Part shown: in pieces, positions 18,928-29,600 of the stretch
Layout: every line of letters begins with the position of its first letter
How positions within the stretch are numbered: position 1 is the first letter of the stretch
IMG/VR virus record: IMGVR_UViG_3300021387_000334
Coordinates: 1 to 64,000 of that record
Strand: one strand, 5' to 3'
Source of the DNA: a virus
Taxonomy: Duplodnaviria > Caudoviricetes
DNA length: 64,000 nucleotides
Position numbers and translations under genes: made by a program
The notes under the pieces: generated by a model
What the model saw: the letters and a program-made list of their open reading frames with translations, nothing else
Database searches by the model: none
What the model was told of the DNA's origin: nothing

Positions 18928-18955
18928 AAGGAGGCGAGCGGCCTCCTTTTTATTT
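18928..18955 (+). terminator. terminator closing the ECCC cassette
   Basis: AAGGAGGC-GAGCG-GCCTCCTT followed by a T-run. Confidence 0.75.
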
Positions 18956-18981
18956 TATTAACCTTCCCCCAAATAGCACTT

Positions 18982-19023
18982 GTAAAAACACGGCGAACAC
19001 AAGCCTGATATACATTAGCTTTG
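18982..19023 (+). promoter_or_regulatory. late-type promoter of the tail fibre (GTAAAAACACGG-N22-TAGCTTTG)
   Basis: Motif 18982-18993, -7 box 19016-19023. Confidence 0.8.
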
Positions 19024-19041
19024 CGCCATAAAACGTGTATT

Positions 19042-22000
19042 ATGCCTACATATAGAGACGATGAACATCTAGGCCACAAAGTGCCACTTGTTGAAACAGA
19101 TGACATACTGAAAGGGGCCGTCACCACCGATAAGATTTCGGATGGTGCAGTAACTACCGAAAAGATTGCCGACGGAGCCGTTACCACGGACAAGATTAAG
19201 GACGGAGCCGTAACGGGTGACAAAATACAAGATCATGCCATCACTCCGCAGCAGCTACCCGAAGACTTTGAGGTGACGGAACGCATGATTGCAGATCAGG
19301 CCATCGGAACGGACAAGATTGCTGACAATGCCGTGACCACTCCGAAGATAGCCAACCAAGCAGTAACTACCGATAAGATAGCCGACCAGAACGTGACGGA
19401 GGAAAAACTGGCTCCCGGTGCTGTCACCACGGAGAAGTTGGCTGATGGCATGATAGAGCAGCTACAGACCATTACGGATGCAGAGCCGACACCTGATAGC
19501 GTGAAGCCCCTGCAAAGCGGAGGTGCCGCCAGTGTGTTAGGCCATTACATAGAGAACCCAGAATTTGTGCGTGCAGTCACAGACAATGAGGACAAGGTTC
19601 TCTATGGTGTTCAGGCAGATGGTAACTTTTACTTCGGTGCAGGCTGCCCCCAGCAGGTGAAGGACTATATTCAGAAGCAGATAGACACTATCATGGGAGT
19701 TGGTGATGTCACAGAGAAGATAGACACCATCAATGAGATGATAGCCTTTTTCGACCAGATAAGCCATGATGATAACATAAAGTCCTTACTTGATACACTC
19801 GATGTTAAAAAGGTTGATAAGGAGGAAGGAAAGAGCCTTATTGATGCAGAGTATGCAGAAGCTGTTCATTATATTGAGTCTCCAGAGTTTGCAGAAATTA
19901 AGCTTGATGTTGATGGTAAGATACTTGAAGCTATTTATAAAGATGGTACTAAGTTACTACCTGCTGGAGTTAAGGTGAATGGTGATGTTGAATATAATGG
20001 TGCTACAATTACAACTGTTGACAATCCTGAGTTTGTAGGAGCATGGATTGATACAGTAGGACATATTCTTATGGCCATTAAAGGTGATGGTGATATATAT
20101 TATGGTTGTGGTGTTTCCTCACAAATTAAGGCTTATATTGACGAAAAAATCAAGGAGGTATCTCCAGAGGGTGTGCAGGATATAATAAACTTTATCGGTG
20201 AATATCTTGGTAGCACTACTCTTCAGGAACTTCTTGACAAAAAAGTTAATGGGGAGTATATTGAGAATCCTGAATATATTGATGTAAAGCTTGATGCTGA
20301 TGGTAAGATACTTGAAGGTATTAACAAAAACGGAGAAAAAGTATTTGGAATATTACCCCCACAAATAAAGCAAGAAATAGAAAGCAATCCTTTACCTTAT
20401 ACTAATGCAATGAGTACTTATAAAGAGTCACAGCAGACAGTTTCTCTAAAAAGAGAAGTTGCTGCTTTAACACAAGAATTAAACTCATTGAAATCAATTA
20501 AAAATGGTAGCACTCAGGATACTGTTATTGTCAATCTGAGAAATACCAATAAAAAGAAATTAATACTGAATCTTCATAAAAGGACTGATACAGGAACTGC
20601 TCAAAGTAATGATGTCTTCTTACCTAATGCTAGAAATGACTTTAGTGATGTAAGAATATTCTGTAATGAAGAAATGCTTCCGTACAAAGTGATAGCAACA
20701 GGTAATTATGACATAATTCCTGCTTCTGAATTTGGTAATGATGTTACTGGTGAAGTATTGCAAAATTCACATGGTACTTTGTTTACCGTAAGCAGTATAT
20801 CTTCTTGGAAACCGAGTATATCAGATGATAATGGTAAGACATGGAATGCTCTTAGTGACATAGAATCAGGTCTTGTAAATGGCATTATAGTTTCTATTAC
20901 TCAGAATGACACGCTTCTTGTTTCTAAAGCAGGTGTCTTATATAGGTCTGAATACCCATATACGTCGAAAGAACAAGTACTCGATATTACTTCTGAAGAT
21001 GGTGTATCTTATACAGGTTGTTTTATTCTTAGACAGCATGTATGCCAGCATCCTGATGGTGAACTTTTCCTTGGCAGTTATCAGAACGAACATGCTGTAA
21101 GATTCTATAAATCTACAGATGACGGAAGGACATGGACTAAAATTTTTCATAATGCTAAATATCAGCATTGTCATAGGATAATGTGTGATACAAACCAGAC
21201 TCCTTCTGTTATTTATGCTGGTGCCGATGAAACTAATGGACTGTATTATTCTACTGATAAAGGAGAAACTTGGATTGATTTGAATGAAAACGGGAATCTG
21301 CCAGGAGCTATAGACCAAGGAATCATTTATGCTGGAAACGGATTTAGACTGCTTGGTGGTGAGACTACTGTTATTGGAGGTCATTCTATTATCAGGACAA
21401 CGGATGATATAAATTTCTATCCAGTACTCTCTGTTGGAGAAGGTAGTTATCAAGTAGGTAAACTGCCTCATTCTAACGTATTGTTTGCAAGTACAAGTAG
21501 TTGTCAAAGTTTTCTTACTACGCAAATATTGGTGTCTTATGATAATGGTATGTCTTGGAAGTCTACCTATAATACTATGAGAGTAAAAAGTGGTGGAACT
21601 TCTGATGGTTTTAGGTTTTTAAGTAATCTTGTCGATGTAGATACAAATAAGCCTTATTTACTATTTGGATGTCAAAATAACCCACAATTCAAACAAAAAA
21701 GCCTAAAGGTTATCTCTGATTCAGATACTTATTTTGCAGAAATAGTGGTTGATGTTCCTGATAATATCAGTTCAATTAGGGTTGAAAGCGGATATTTGGT
21801 CAGTGATAACAGGACTGTTTTTAATGATTCTGAACCAGAGCAGGGTAGTATATTGTTTAAACTTGAACCAATAAACAATAATTTACTTTGTAATAAGTCC
21901 AACCAATCTTTTTATAAGGGTAGCTTTAATCTTGCAGAACCTATAAAGAAGTTAGGTAATATCTATCCGCCTATAACTAGCGGAGGTTTTGCACTTTCTT

Positions 22001-22488
22001 TGGATTCTGACTTGCCTTTGACAGGTATTGATTTAGATATATCCCGTTATAATGCAATTACCATAAGTTTTTGGGCTTTATTTAAAGGAAATTGTGAGTT
22101 TAACATTGTTAATGGTATCAGATTTAAGCATTTAGCTGTTAAAAGAGCTGATGGTTCAATGGCTACTTCCGAATGTGCAGTATTCTATATTTTTGATGAT
22201 GTTGTTGGTTTTCATTCAGAAGGGCCAACTTTAGATGTTGCAAAAAAATTCGATATTGTCTTGGATTTTAACAATAATGAAATGACTGTATTTGTCAATG
22301 GAGGAGGTTATCCTGTAAAAAAGCCAGTTAATTTGAGTAATTACAGACATATTCAATCTTGGAAGATACTTGAACCGATACAATATGCTGATAATGTAAG
22401 AATATCGGAATTTATTATTAAAAATGGTATTAGTAGTATAGATGAGTTAGACTTTGAATATTCTAATTTAGATGACAATAATAATTAA
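19042..22488 (+). CDS. tail fibre / receptor-binding protein: 10-aa DGAVTTxKIx repeats, NPEF modules, Asp-box beta-propeller, LamG-like C-terminus
   Basis: About 10 DGAVTTEKIA-type repeats and four NPE(F/Y)/SPEF modules. Asp-boxes SDDNGKTW, STDDGRTW, STDKGETW, SYDNGMSW. Confidence 0.8.
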   Translation: MPTYRDDEHLGHKVPLVETDDILKGAVTTDKISDGAVTTEKIADGAVTTDKIKDGAVTGDKIQDHAITPQQLPEDFEVTERMIADQAIGTDKIADNAVTTPKIANQAVTTDKIADQNVTEEKLAPGAVTTEKLADGMIEQLQTITDAEPTPDSVKPLQSGGAASVLGHYIENPEFVRAVTDNEDKVLYGVQADGNFYFGAGCPQQVKDYIQKQIDTIMGVGDVTEKIDTINEMIAFFDQISHDDNIKSLLDTLDVKKVDKEEGKSLIDAEYAEAVHYIESPEFAEIKLDVDGKILEAIYKDGTKLLPAGVKVNGDVEYNGATITTVDNPEFVGAWIDTVGHILMAIKGDGDIYYGCGVSSQIKAYIDEKIKEVSPEGVQDIINFIGEYLGSTTLQELLDKKVNGEYIENPEYIDVKLDADGKILEGINKNGEKVFGILPPQIKQEIESNPLPYTNAMSTYKESQQTVSLKREVAALTQELNSLKSIKNGSTQDTVIVNLRNTNKKKLILNLHKRTDTGTAQSNDVFLPNARNDFSDVRIFCNEEMLPYKVIATGNYDIIPASEFGNDVTGEVLQNSHGTLFTVSSISSWKPSISDDNGKTWNALSDIESGLVNGIIVSITQNDTLLVSKAGVLYRSEYPYTSKEQVLDITSEDGVSYTGCFILRQHVCQHPDGELFLGSYQNEHAVRFYKSTDDGRTWTKIFHNAKYQHCHRIMCDTNQTPSVIYAGADETNGLYYSTDKGETWIDLNENGNLPGAIDQGIIYAGNGFRLLGGETTVIGGHSIIRTTDDINFYPVLSVGEGSYQVGKLPHSNVLFASTSSCQSFLTTQILVSYDNGMSWKSTYNTMRVKSGGTSDGFRFLSNLVDVDTNKPYLLFGCQNNPQFKQKSLKVISDSDTYFAEIVVDVPDNISSIRVESGYLVSDNRTVFNDSEPEQGSILFKLEPINNNLLCNKSNQSFYKGSFNLAEPIKKLGNIYPPITSGGFALSLDSDLPLTGIDLDISRYNAITISFWALFKGNCEFNIVNGIRFKHLAVKRADGSMATSECAVFYIFDDVVGFHSEGPTLDVAKKFDIVLDFNNNEMTVFVNGGGYPVKKPVNLSNYRHIQSWKILEPIQYADNVRISEFIIKNGISSIDELDFEYSNLDDNNN

Positions 22489-22515
22489 TAATTAATAATA
22501 TAAAATAATAAAAAT

Positions 22516-23370
22516 ATGAGTACAAATTGTTTAGTTACAAAGCTTAAGGGTATTGTTAATAACCCTTCTCTTGAGAAATTAGGAGTAATTAACGTTGAGT
22601 TTGTAGAAGGCGGTGCTGTTCTTTTCTCTGAAGAGCAAGAAGTAACTCTTCTAAATGGTACGTTTAAGAGTACTGGAAATAACAAAATAACCATTTCTGC
22701 AAATACCATGTTCTATTTCACTACAAACACTTGTATATTGAATACTGGTGAAACAATTTATAATGTTGAAGTTCCGAAATATCATTTATGTGGTGCAAGG
22801 GGAATTGCAAGCAATATAGTTGACTTAAATAAACTCTACAAATGGAGTGACGCACCTTATGTTGAATTGTATTTTCTTAGTGGAACACATACTATTAAAG
22901 GAATTAATGACTATACAGGAAAGTTTGGAGGACAGTTAGTCACTACTTCTGGTCAGTTTGTGCCAACTGAAAAATGGAATGTAAATAACCTCGGCATTAA
23001 TGGTAGATTGACAAGACTGTATATCAGTCATTTTGCAAATGGTTGGATGGAAGGTAATTTTGATAACTTAGGATGTAGTCCTTTGACAGAGATTGTATTC
23101 CCTGGCGGACTTGCAGAAAATTGCTCTTTTAACATTGAGAGTTTCGTAAGAAATAATGTTGCAAATGGAAGAGCTACATACAGTATTTCTAACTTTGCTC
23201 ATCCTGGTGCTGTAAATGCTATGTTTAAGGAAAATCTTTTGACTTCAGATGTTAATAAAAACTATAGTATATCTTGGACTCCAAGTGCGACAGCAGGAAG
23301 TACAGATATAGTCCTCACTGACAAGAGCACAGGCACTTCTCAAACAGAGACGATTACCAATGTCGGTTAA
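22516..23370 (+). CDS. tail-fibre-associated protein (possibly degenerate LRR)
   Basis: MSTNCLVTKLKGIVNNPSL N-terminus of a type I recall following Prevotella phage fibres. AT-rich like the fibre C-terminus. Confidence 0.6.
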   Translation: MSTNCLVTKLKGIVNNPSLEKLGVINVEFVEGGAVLFSEEQEVTLLNGTFKSTGNNKITISANTMFYFTTNTCILNTGETIYNVEVPKYHLCGARGIASNIVDLNKLYKWSDAPYVELYFLSGTHTIKGINDYTGKFGGQLVTTSGQFVPTEKWNVNNLGINGRLTRLYISHFANGWMEGNFDNLGCSPLTEIVFPGGLAENCSFNIESFVRNNVANGRATYSISNFAHPGAVNAMFKENLLTSDVNKNYSISWTPSATAGSTDIVLTDKSTGTSQTETITNVG

Positions 23371-23419
23371 GTATGGATCCATACAAAGGCACATAGTTAT
23401 TGTAATAACTCAATACAAA

Positions 23420-23485
23420 AGGCAGTCACTTCGGTGGCTGTCTTTTTGTATAAATAAAAAGGTAGAAGCCTTTTAACTTCTACCT
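23420..23485. terminator. back-to-back terminators for the convergent fibre and giant-protein operons
   Basis: AGGCAGTCAC-TTCG-GTGGCTGTCT-TTTT on +; AGGTAGAAG/CTTCTACCT with a U-run on the minus strand. Confidence 0.75.
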
Positions 23486-23670
23486 TCTCCTCTGCTTTCC
23501 GTCAAATATATTACTGACAAGGTTTGCAAGGACGTTCCTGTTAAAGTCATCCTCATTCTCCTGATGGTGCCTGCTGAGATAAGTATTGACTACCTGACAC
23601 AGCTGATGGAGCATGACATTGTTCTCATGCACCTCAGAGTTAACTCTACCAATTCATGTAGCTTGGCCTT

Positions 23671-26600
23671 TCAATCCTTCCCTACTCCATCAAGCAAGTC
23701 CACCACGGCCTTCACCTGCTCATTGTAGAGCCTCCGCAGTTCCTTGCGCTCCCTGCCTTCGGCCTTGTTTGCAGCCTTGTTAATCTTTGATAGTTGCTTG
23801 TCGGCCTCACGAACGATTTCCATCCTTACATAGTCTTCGCCCGTGACGATGTTCTCCAGTTTCATCAGAGCCATCGGGTCTTCGGCGGCGGCACCCTCAT
23901 AGCCTTTGACCGCATCGTGAAGCTTCTCAGCATCAGCCTTGTACTTGCGGTACTTGGCCTGCGTGCGGTAGTACTGAGTCCTGTCATCGCCCTGCTGCAC
24001 GAAGGCTTTCACGCCCTCAATCTTTCGGATATTGAAGTCGGGAGCCTCACCCTCTACGAGGAGGTCTTTCAGGTCTTTTCCTGCACCTACGAGCGTGTTG
24101 CCGAGGAACTTGCCGGGGCCACCGCTGTACTGCTCCCACAGATACTGCACGATGGCGGGGTTCACCTCCAGCTTGCCTCTCACGATGTCATCACCTCCAC
24201 CAAGCTCATGCAGGAGCTTTGAGGCATTCACCAGAGCGGGATTCGTACCAGAGTACACCATCTGATACTCAGGGGTGAACTGGTCGTTCTGGAACTTGTC
24301 TTCCCGGTAGATAGGCCTGCCCGTCCAGCCGAGGTTCTGCCCGACGGCCACCAATGGAGCCAGTACGGAGAAGGTGCGGCCTACCAACTCGTCAACGGGG
24401 TCTTCCATCAGTCCTCCCTTGGTTATCTTGGTGTCGATGTCTACAGGCGAGAAGGTGTTCATGATGCCCACCATCTCCTCGTCGATGCTGCGGTCTACGG
24501 GCTTCAGGTTCGGGGCGTAGGTAAGTCCGGCAAACATATCGCCAAGGGCGAGGAAGGCTGCAAGTTCCTGTCCGATAGGTATGGTAATGAAGTTGTTATT
24601 GCCGATATAGATACAGATATTCTTCCGTCGGGTCCACTCCGGCAGATTGGCGTATGGATCATCATCGTCGCCCCCAAAGGCTGCGGCCAATGCCTGATTG
24701 ATCATCGGCAGCGCAAGTCCGAAAGCAAACGGAGGCAGGGCATACCTGGCTGCCCACTTGGCGATATATCCCTTGTTCAAAGAGCCATCGGCCTTCTGGA
24801 AGTTCTTAAACGTGGTAGCGATAGCCTGCACGGTGGCATTGAAGAATATTCTGCCCTCACCGAGTATCTGCGAGGTCACACCGAATGCCTTGGCTGCATC
24901 CTCAACCACCTTGTTCTGGCTCTTGAATCCTGCTGTCTTACTGCCTGCACCCTTCTTGTTGAAGTTCACAGTTATCTCCTTGGCATCGTAGGCAGCGCGA
25001 GCCTTAGTCCGTCCGGCATAGTGTCTCGATGCACGGAAGGTGGCAAAGCGGGCATTGTTCTCGATACCCTCATTCAGCGCTTCGATGGCTCCCAGGGTGT
25101 ATTCCCATACCTTATTATTAAGTCTGACGGGCTTACCATCCTTCTGCTGCTTATACAGTTTCTCCATCTGCTTCTGAATATCGTCTATCTTCTGCATCTG
25201 TACGAAACCCGTGATACCGCCGTTATCCATGAAATCCTTGAAGTCGCGCTCCATTTCATTATCCATATTGAGCGTTCCCTCACGATATTTCCTGAACAGG
25301 CCAACCATCTTGAAGAGCGACTGACGGTAGTACTTGTTGGCACGCTTTGCATAGCCACGTCCCTCCCTCACGCCAAGCATCGTCCTGAAGTGAGTCCAGT
25401 CGCGGAACATATTCCTCAGAGCGAACGTAGGAGAGTAAGAGGTGAATACTGAGGCCATGAAGTTCTTGACGGCATTGTTCCACTTCGAGAACACATTCTT
25501 GCCACGCTCAAACCTCAGCTGACCATTCAGAGCCTGCGCCATTCTCGGGTTGCCGACAACTATCATCCGTTTCTGCTGGCCGTTGATCCTCACCTCAATC
25601 ACATGCTCCGACTTCTTTTTCTTATCCATCGGCACATAGTCGAACTTCTCCTTACCCCTTATCTTGATGGCCTTGTTCTCCTTGGCGAGTTCCTTCATCT
25701 CCTCTTCAAAGGCAACAACGGCCTGCCGGATCTCCTCTTCATCCATATCGTCGTTGATGTCGGGATAGGCTTCCTCAAACTCTCCAGTGGCCTCATTCAG
25801 TTTTGCCCAAGTGTCACTCAGCACCACCAAGTCGTTCGGATTGGTCTGGCACAGCCTGTAGAGCTTCTGATTCACAAGGTTCTGATTGCAGTCAGAGATA
25901 GCCTTATACGTCATGGCAAAGATAGTCGAGATAGGATAGTTTGCCTCAGAGCCACGTCCTTTGGCGTGCTTCAAGAGCCCTCCGATATAGGATTTCTCCT
26001 TGCCCTTGGCCGTGAAGTACTGATACATATCCTCTCCCGTGTCGTTCTTGAATCCCCGCATGGGCACGTACCAGTGGAACATTTGTTCTATCTTGTCTAT
26101 CTGCTCGTCGCTGCGCATGCCGCTCTCCCGATAACGCTCCAAACCATAACGGGTGCAGTTCTGTATCTGCTCCCATAAGGTATCCACATTCTCTGCCTCG
26201 ATAGCATCCTCAGTATCCATCAATTCTGCGATAATCTCGTCTTCGTCATATTTTCCGTCCTCGTCACCATACATAGCTCTGAATCCAGAATAGTCATTCT
26301 CTGAAGGATTATACGCTCCATCTATGTTGTCAAGAATGAAATTAGTCAGTCCGGCAAGATAGTCGGCAAAGTTAATATCTCCTGTTTGTAGGTCGAGATA
26401 ATTCTTCTGCTTCAAGGCAACCAATCGTTCTTCTATGCTGTCAATATACTCTTTGTGTGCCTCCTGCAAAGCTTTGGCAAGTTCCTTCTCCTTCTGTTCT
26501 TCGGTCTCAATATCGCCATCCTCAAACAGGGTCTCGATAACCTCTGCCTTGTGGTCGAAGATGTCCTGCTCTTCGGGGTTCAAGTCCTCATACTTACGGA

Positions 26601-29600
26601 TATTCTTGTTACGCTCCCGCTCTAACCAGTCTCTTACGAAGAACTCCCTGTTACGCTCCAAGCCGCTCTTGGTGTAGACGTATCTGTCAACGTCACCCCA
26701 ATTCATGCCAGTGCGGTTCATAATCTTGTTGATGGTGTCGATCAACGGGTCACGCAGCATGGAGTTGAACAAGTCCTGCTCATTCTTGTTCTTGCCGTGC
26801 ATCAGATTCTCAGCCATATAAGCATTCTGACTGTCTGGAATAGCCTTGTCATGCGCGATAGCGTTCTGTGCCGTCTTTAGCGCAATCATACTGTCCTGAT
26901 AAGCCTCAGTAAACACAGTCTCTACTCTGTTCAGACGCTCGTCATAGACTGCCTTCTCGCTATACTCCATCGGGTCATCAATATCCTCGCTATAACCTGC
27001 GTCCATATCTGAGCCTCGTTTTGTAGACCGCTGTAGTACAGCGGTTCTATTCTCCCGCTCCAACCGATGCAAGAAGGCAGCTCTCTTGATGGCACTCATA
27101 GGCTCACCCTCTCGCAGTTGATTCTCACTCAACCAGAACAGATAGCGAACATCAGTAATGGTCGGGTTAGTCCTATAGCCTATCTCCCTGAGTATGTCGC
27201 CTACCCATCCGGCAAGCTTCTGCCAAAGGGTGCGTCTCTCCTGTCGCTCTGCCACAACCTTCTCGGCTTCTCTTGCCAACCACTCGTCGATGGCTTTGTG
27301 CAGACTCCAGCCGTTGACCTGCATCCTGCGGGTTACCCAATCACCCATTTCTCCGTCCTTGTGCTGCATCCATAGACGGTTGAGCAACTTTCCGTAGTTA
27401 TCTGCTCCAAGCAGTTCTCGGAGTCCTACGTGGGCTACTGTCTCATGCCAGATGGTTTGCTCTGCCTTATAGATGGAGTCGATGTCGGGCAGATAGAGGT
27501 AGATACGACCGTTCTCAAACCATCCATACACCTTCTTGCCTTGCTTGTGCATATTCTCGATATGCTCACGGCGTGCCTTATTTCTTACTCCGTTGATGGA
27601 GGTGATGACTGTTGTGCGGTTACGTGTACCAAGCTTGTTCAGAAGGTTCTCCACATGCTTGCGGATATTCTCCTTGTGTCTGGTAGACTGAGGCTTTGCC
27701 TTTGCTTCTCCCTCCGAATAGCCGCTGTTCTTGGCTTTCTTGCCATAAACAGAGGAATAGGTCTTTCCCTTGTTGGGGCCATCAACTATCTTGCCTCGGT
27801 TGTCGGTTTCTACAAACTTCACACCTTCCTTCTCCAAGGCTTCACGCTGGGCAGGGGTAACGACATTGGTAGGCATTACCTCTACCTTGCAATTGATCTG
27901 CTTGGCTATGCTCTTGGCTACTTCCTCAGTAGGCACAATCCTTACTGGCTTATCCCATCTTGAAAGAATTACTTCGCGGGTTCCTGTCAACTGCCCCTGG
28001 ATGATACCTGCCTTCCACTCCAAACGGCCTACGGCATCCTTGGCTTTCTCTGCCTTATAGCCGCTGGTCAGTTCGCTTTCGGGTACTTCCACCTCTACAA
28101 CAACGAGGTTCGGACGGTTCTGCGCCTCGCTGAACTGGTCGTTGAGCATGGTGGTGGAGGTATGGATATAGGGGTTGTAGGCTGCAAACAGACTCTTGCC
28201 GTTGTCCTTGGTCAACTTGAATACCCACTTGCCGTTTCTCTTCACGGCTTTCTCTGGGTGCTCGTCTGACTTCTCCCACTTGCCTAACTCTATTGGCTCA
28301 CGCAACTGTCCGTCCTGCTTGGTGGCCATCGGGGGATAGAGCTTGCCGTCAATAAGACTCATGGCACGGTACACCTTTATCTTTGGCTCTCTCTCCAGTC
28401 GCTCAATGACTTCTTCATCGGTCTCTTCACTATATCCACCCTCTAAAGTGTTCAGTTCATCCTCTTCAATATCCTCCGAATAGCCGGAGTCAATATCGTT
28501 GTTGGTATCTTCTTTCTTCGACTGCACGGTAACGCCTAACTCGTCCAAACGCTTCAATACCTTATCAAGATTCTCTTCCTTGAAGTCGGCTTTCAATGCT
28601 GAACTACCCTCAAACTGTCCGTCCATCAAACTCAACAACACTTTGTCGTTAAAGTACTTCTCGCCCTTCTTCTTCGACTTCGGTACTTTCAGGGTATAGC
28701 TCATCCAGCTGCCATAACCATCAGCCTTGATGGTCACGTCACCGTCCGCAGAGGTGATCTTCCTGTCTTTACCCCAATCATCCAAGTCTGCCTTGGCAGA
28801 GGAAATAGGATTCTGACTGGTCAATGCACCTGGATCAAATCTTTCTCCCATCAGCACGCCTTGACGAATTTCACCCGTGTCGGTGGTATAAGAAATGAGT
28901 TTGCCACCTTGCCTCTGCTTCTGGAGTGAGGTTAATGCTTTAAGCAAATTGCCGGTAATGATATAGCCTTTCTTCCTCGTGGCGGTAGAGGTCAGCTTAT
29001 CCCAATTATCCACATTCTGCTCCAGCACCTTCATCATATTGGCAATATTACTGCCAAAGAATCCACTACGCGATTGTGCGCTCTGCTGAACAATGATGGG
29101 CTTGATGTCTCTCTTCTCACCATTGCTCTGCTTCACCATACCGCTGATAGGAATGGTTATCTTCCTGCGACCGTCCAAGGTGGCAAAGGAAATCGTACTG
29201 GCGGCAGTAGAGAAGTTGTCGCTTATCTTGATGTCTATCACTTTACCAAATGATGGTTCAAAACTCAACTCGCCTAAGTCGTAGATGTCGGTAGGCAGCG
29301 CATATACCCCATCGGTAGTGAAGGTCTCCAAGGCATCCACAAAGGCTTGTTTCTGCTTGTCAACGGCATCCAGAGCGGCCTGCAGTTTCTCCATTTCCTC
29401 CTTATAGAAATGGTCGTACTGATACTGACCGTTCTTCTCTATCTCAGCATCGGTCATTCCGTTCTTTTCCTGCGCTTTCTTGGCTCCCTTGATATACTTC
29501 TCTTTCTCGGCCTGCGCTTTCTTCTCGGCTCTGGCGGTAATGGTGTCGGTGGCATCCTTCTTCTTCTCTGCCTCCCACTTATCCAGCCTCTCCAGCACGC

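Noticed and set aside
23480-23632. Read-through or frameshift extension of the giant protein into a 50-codon downstream ORF
   Set aside because: It is in a different frame with an upstream stop, and I saw no slippery site. Probably an independent tiny ORF or a remnant.
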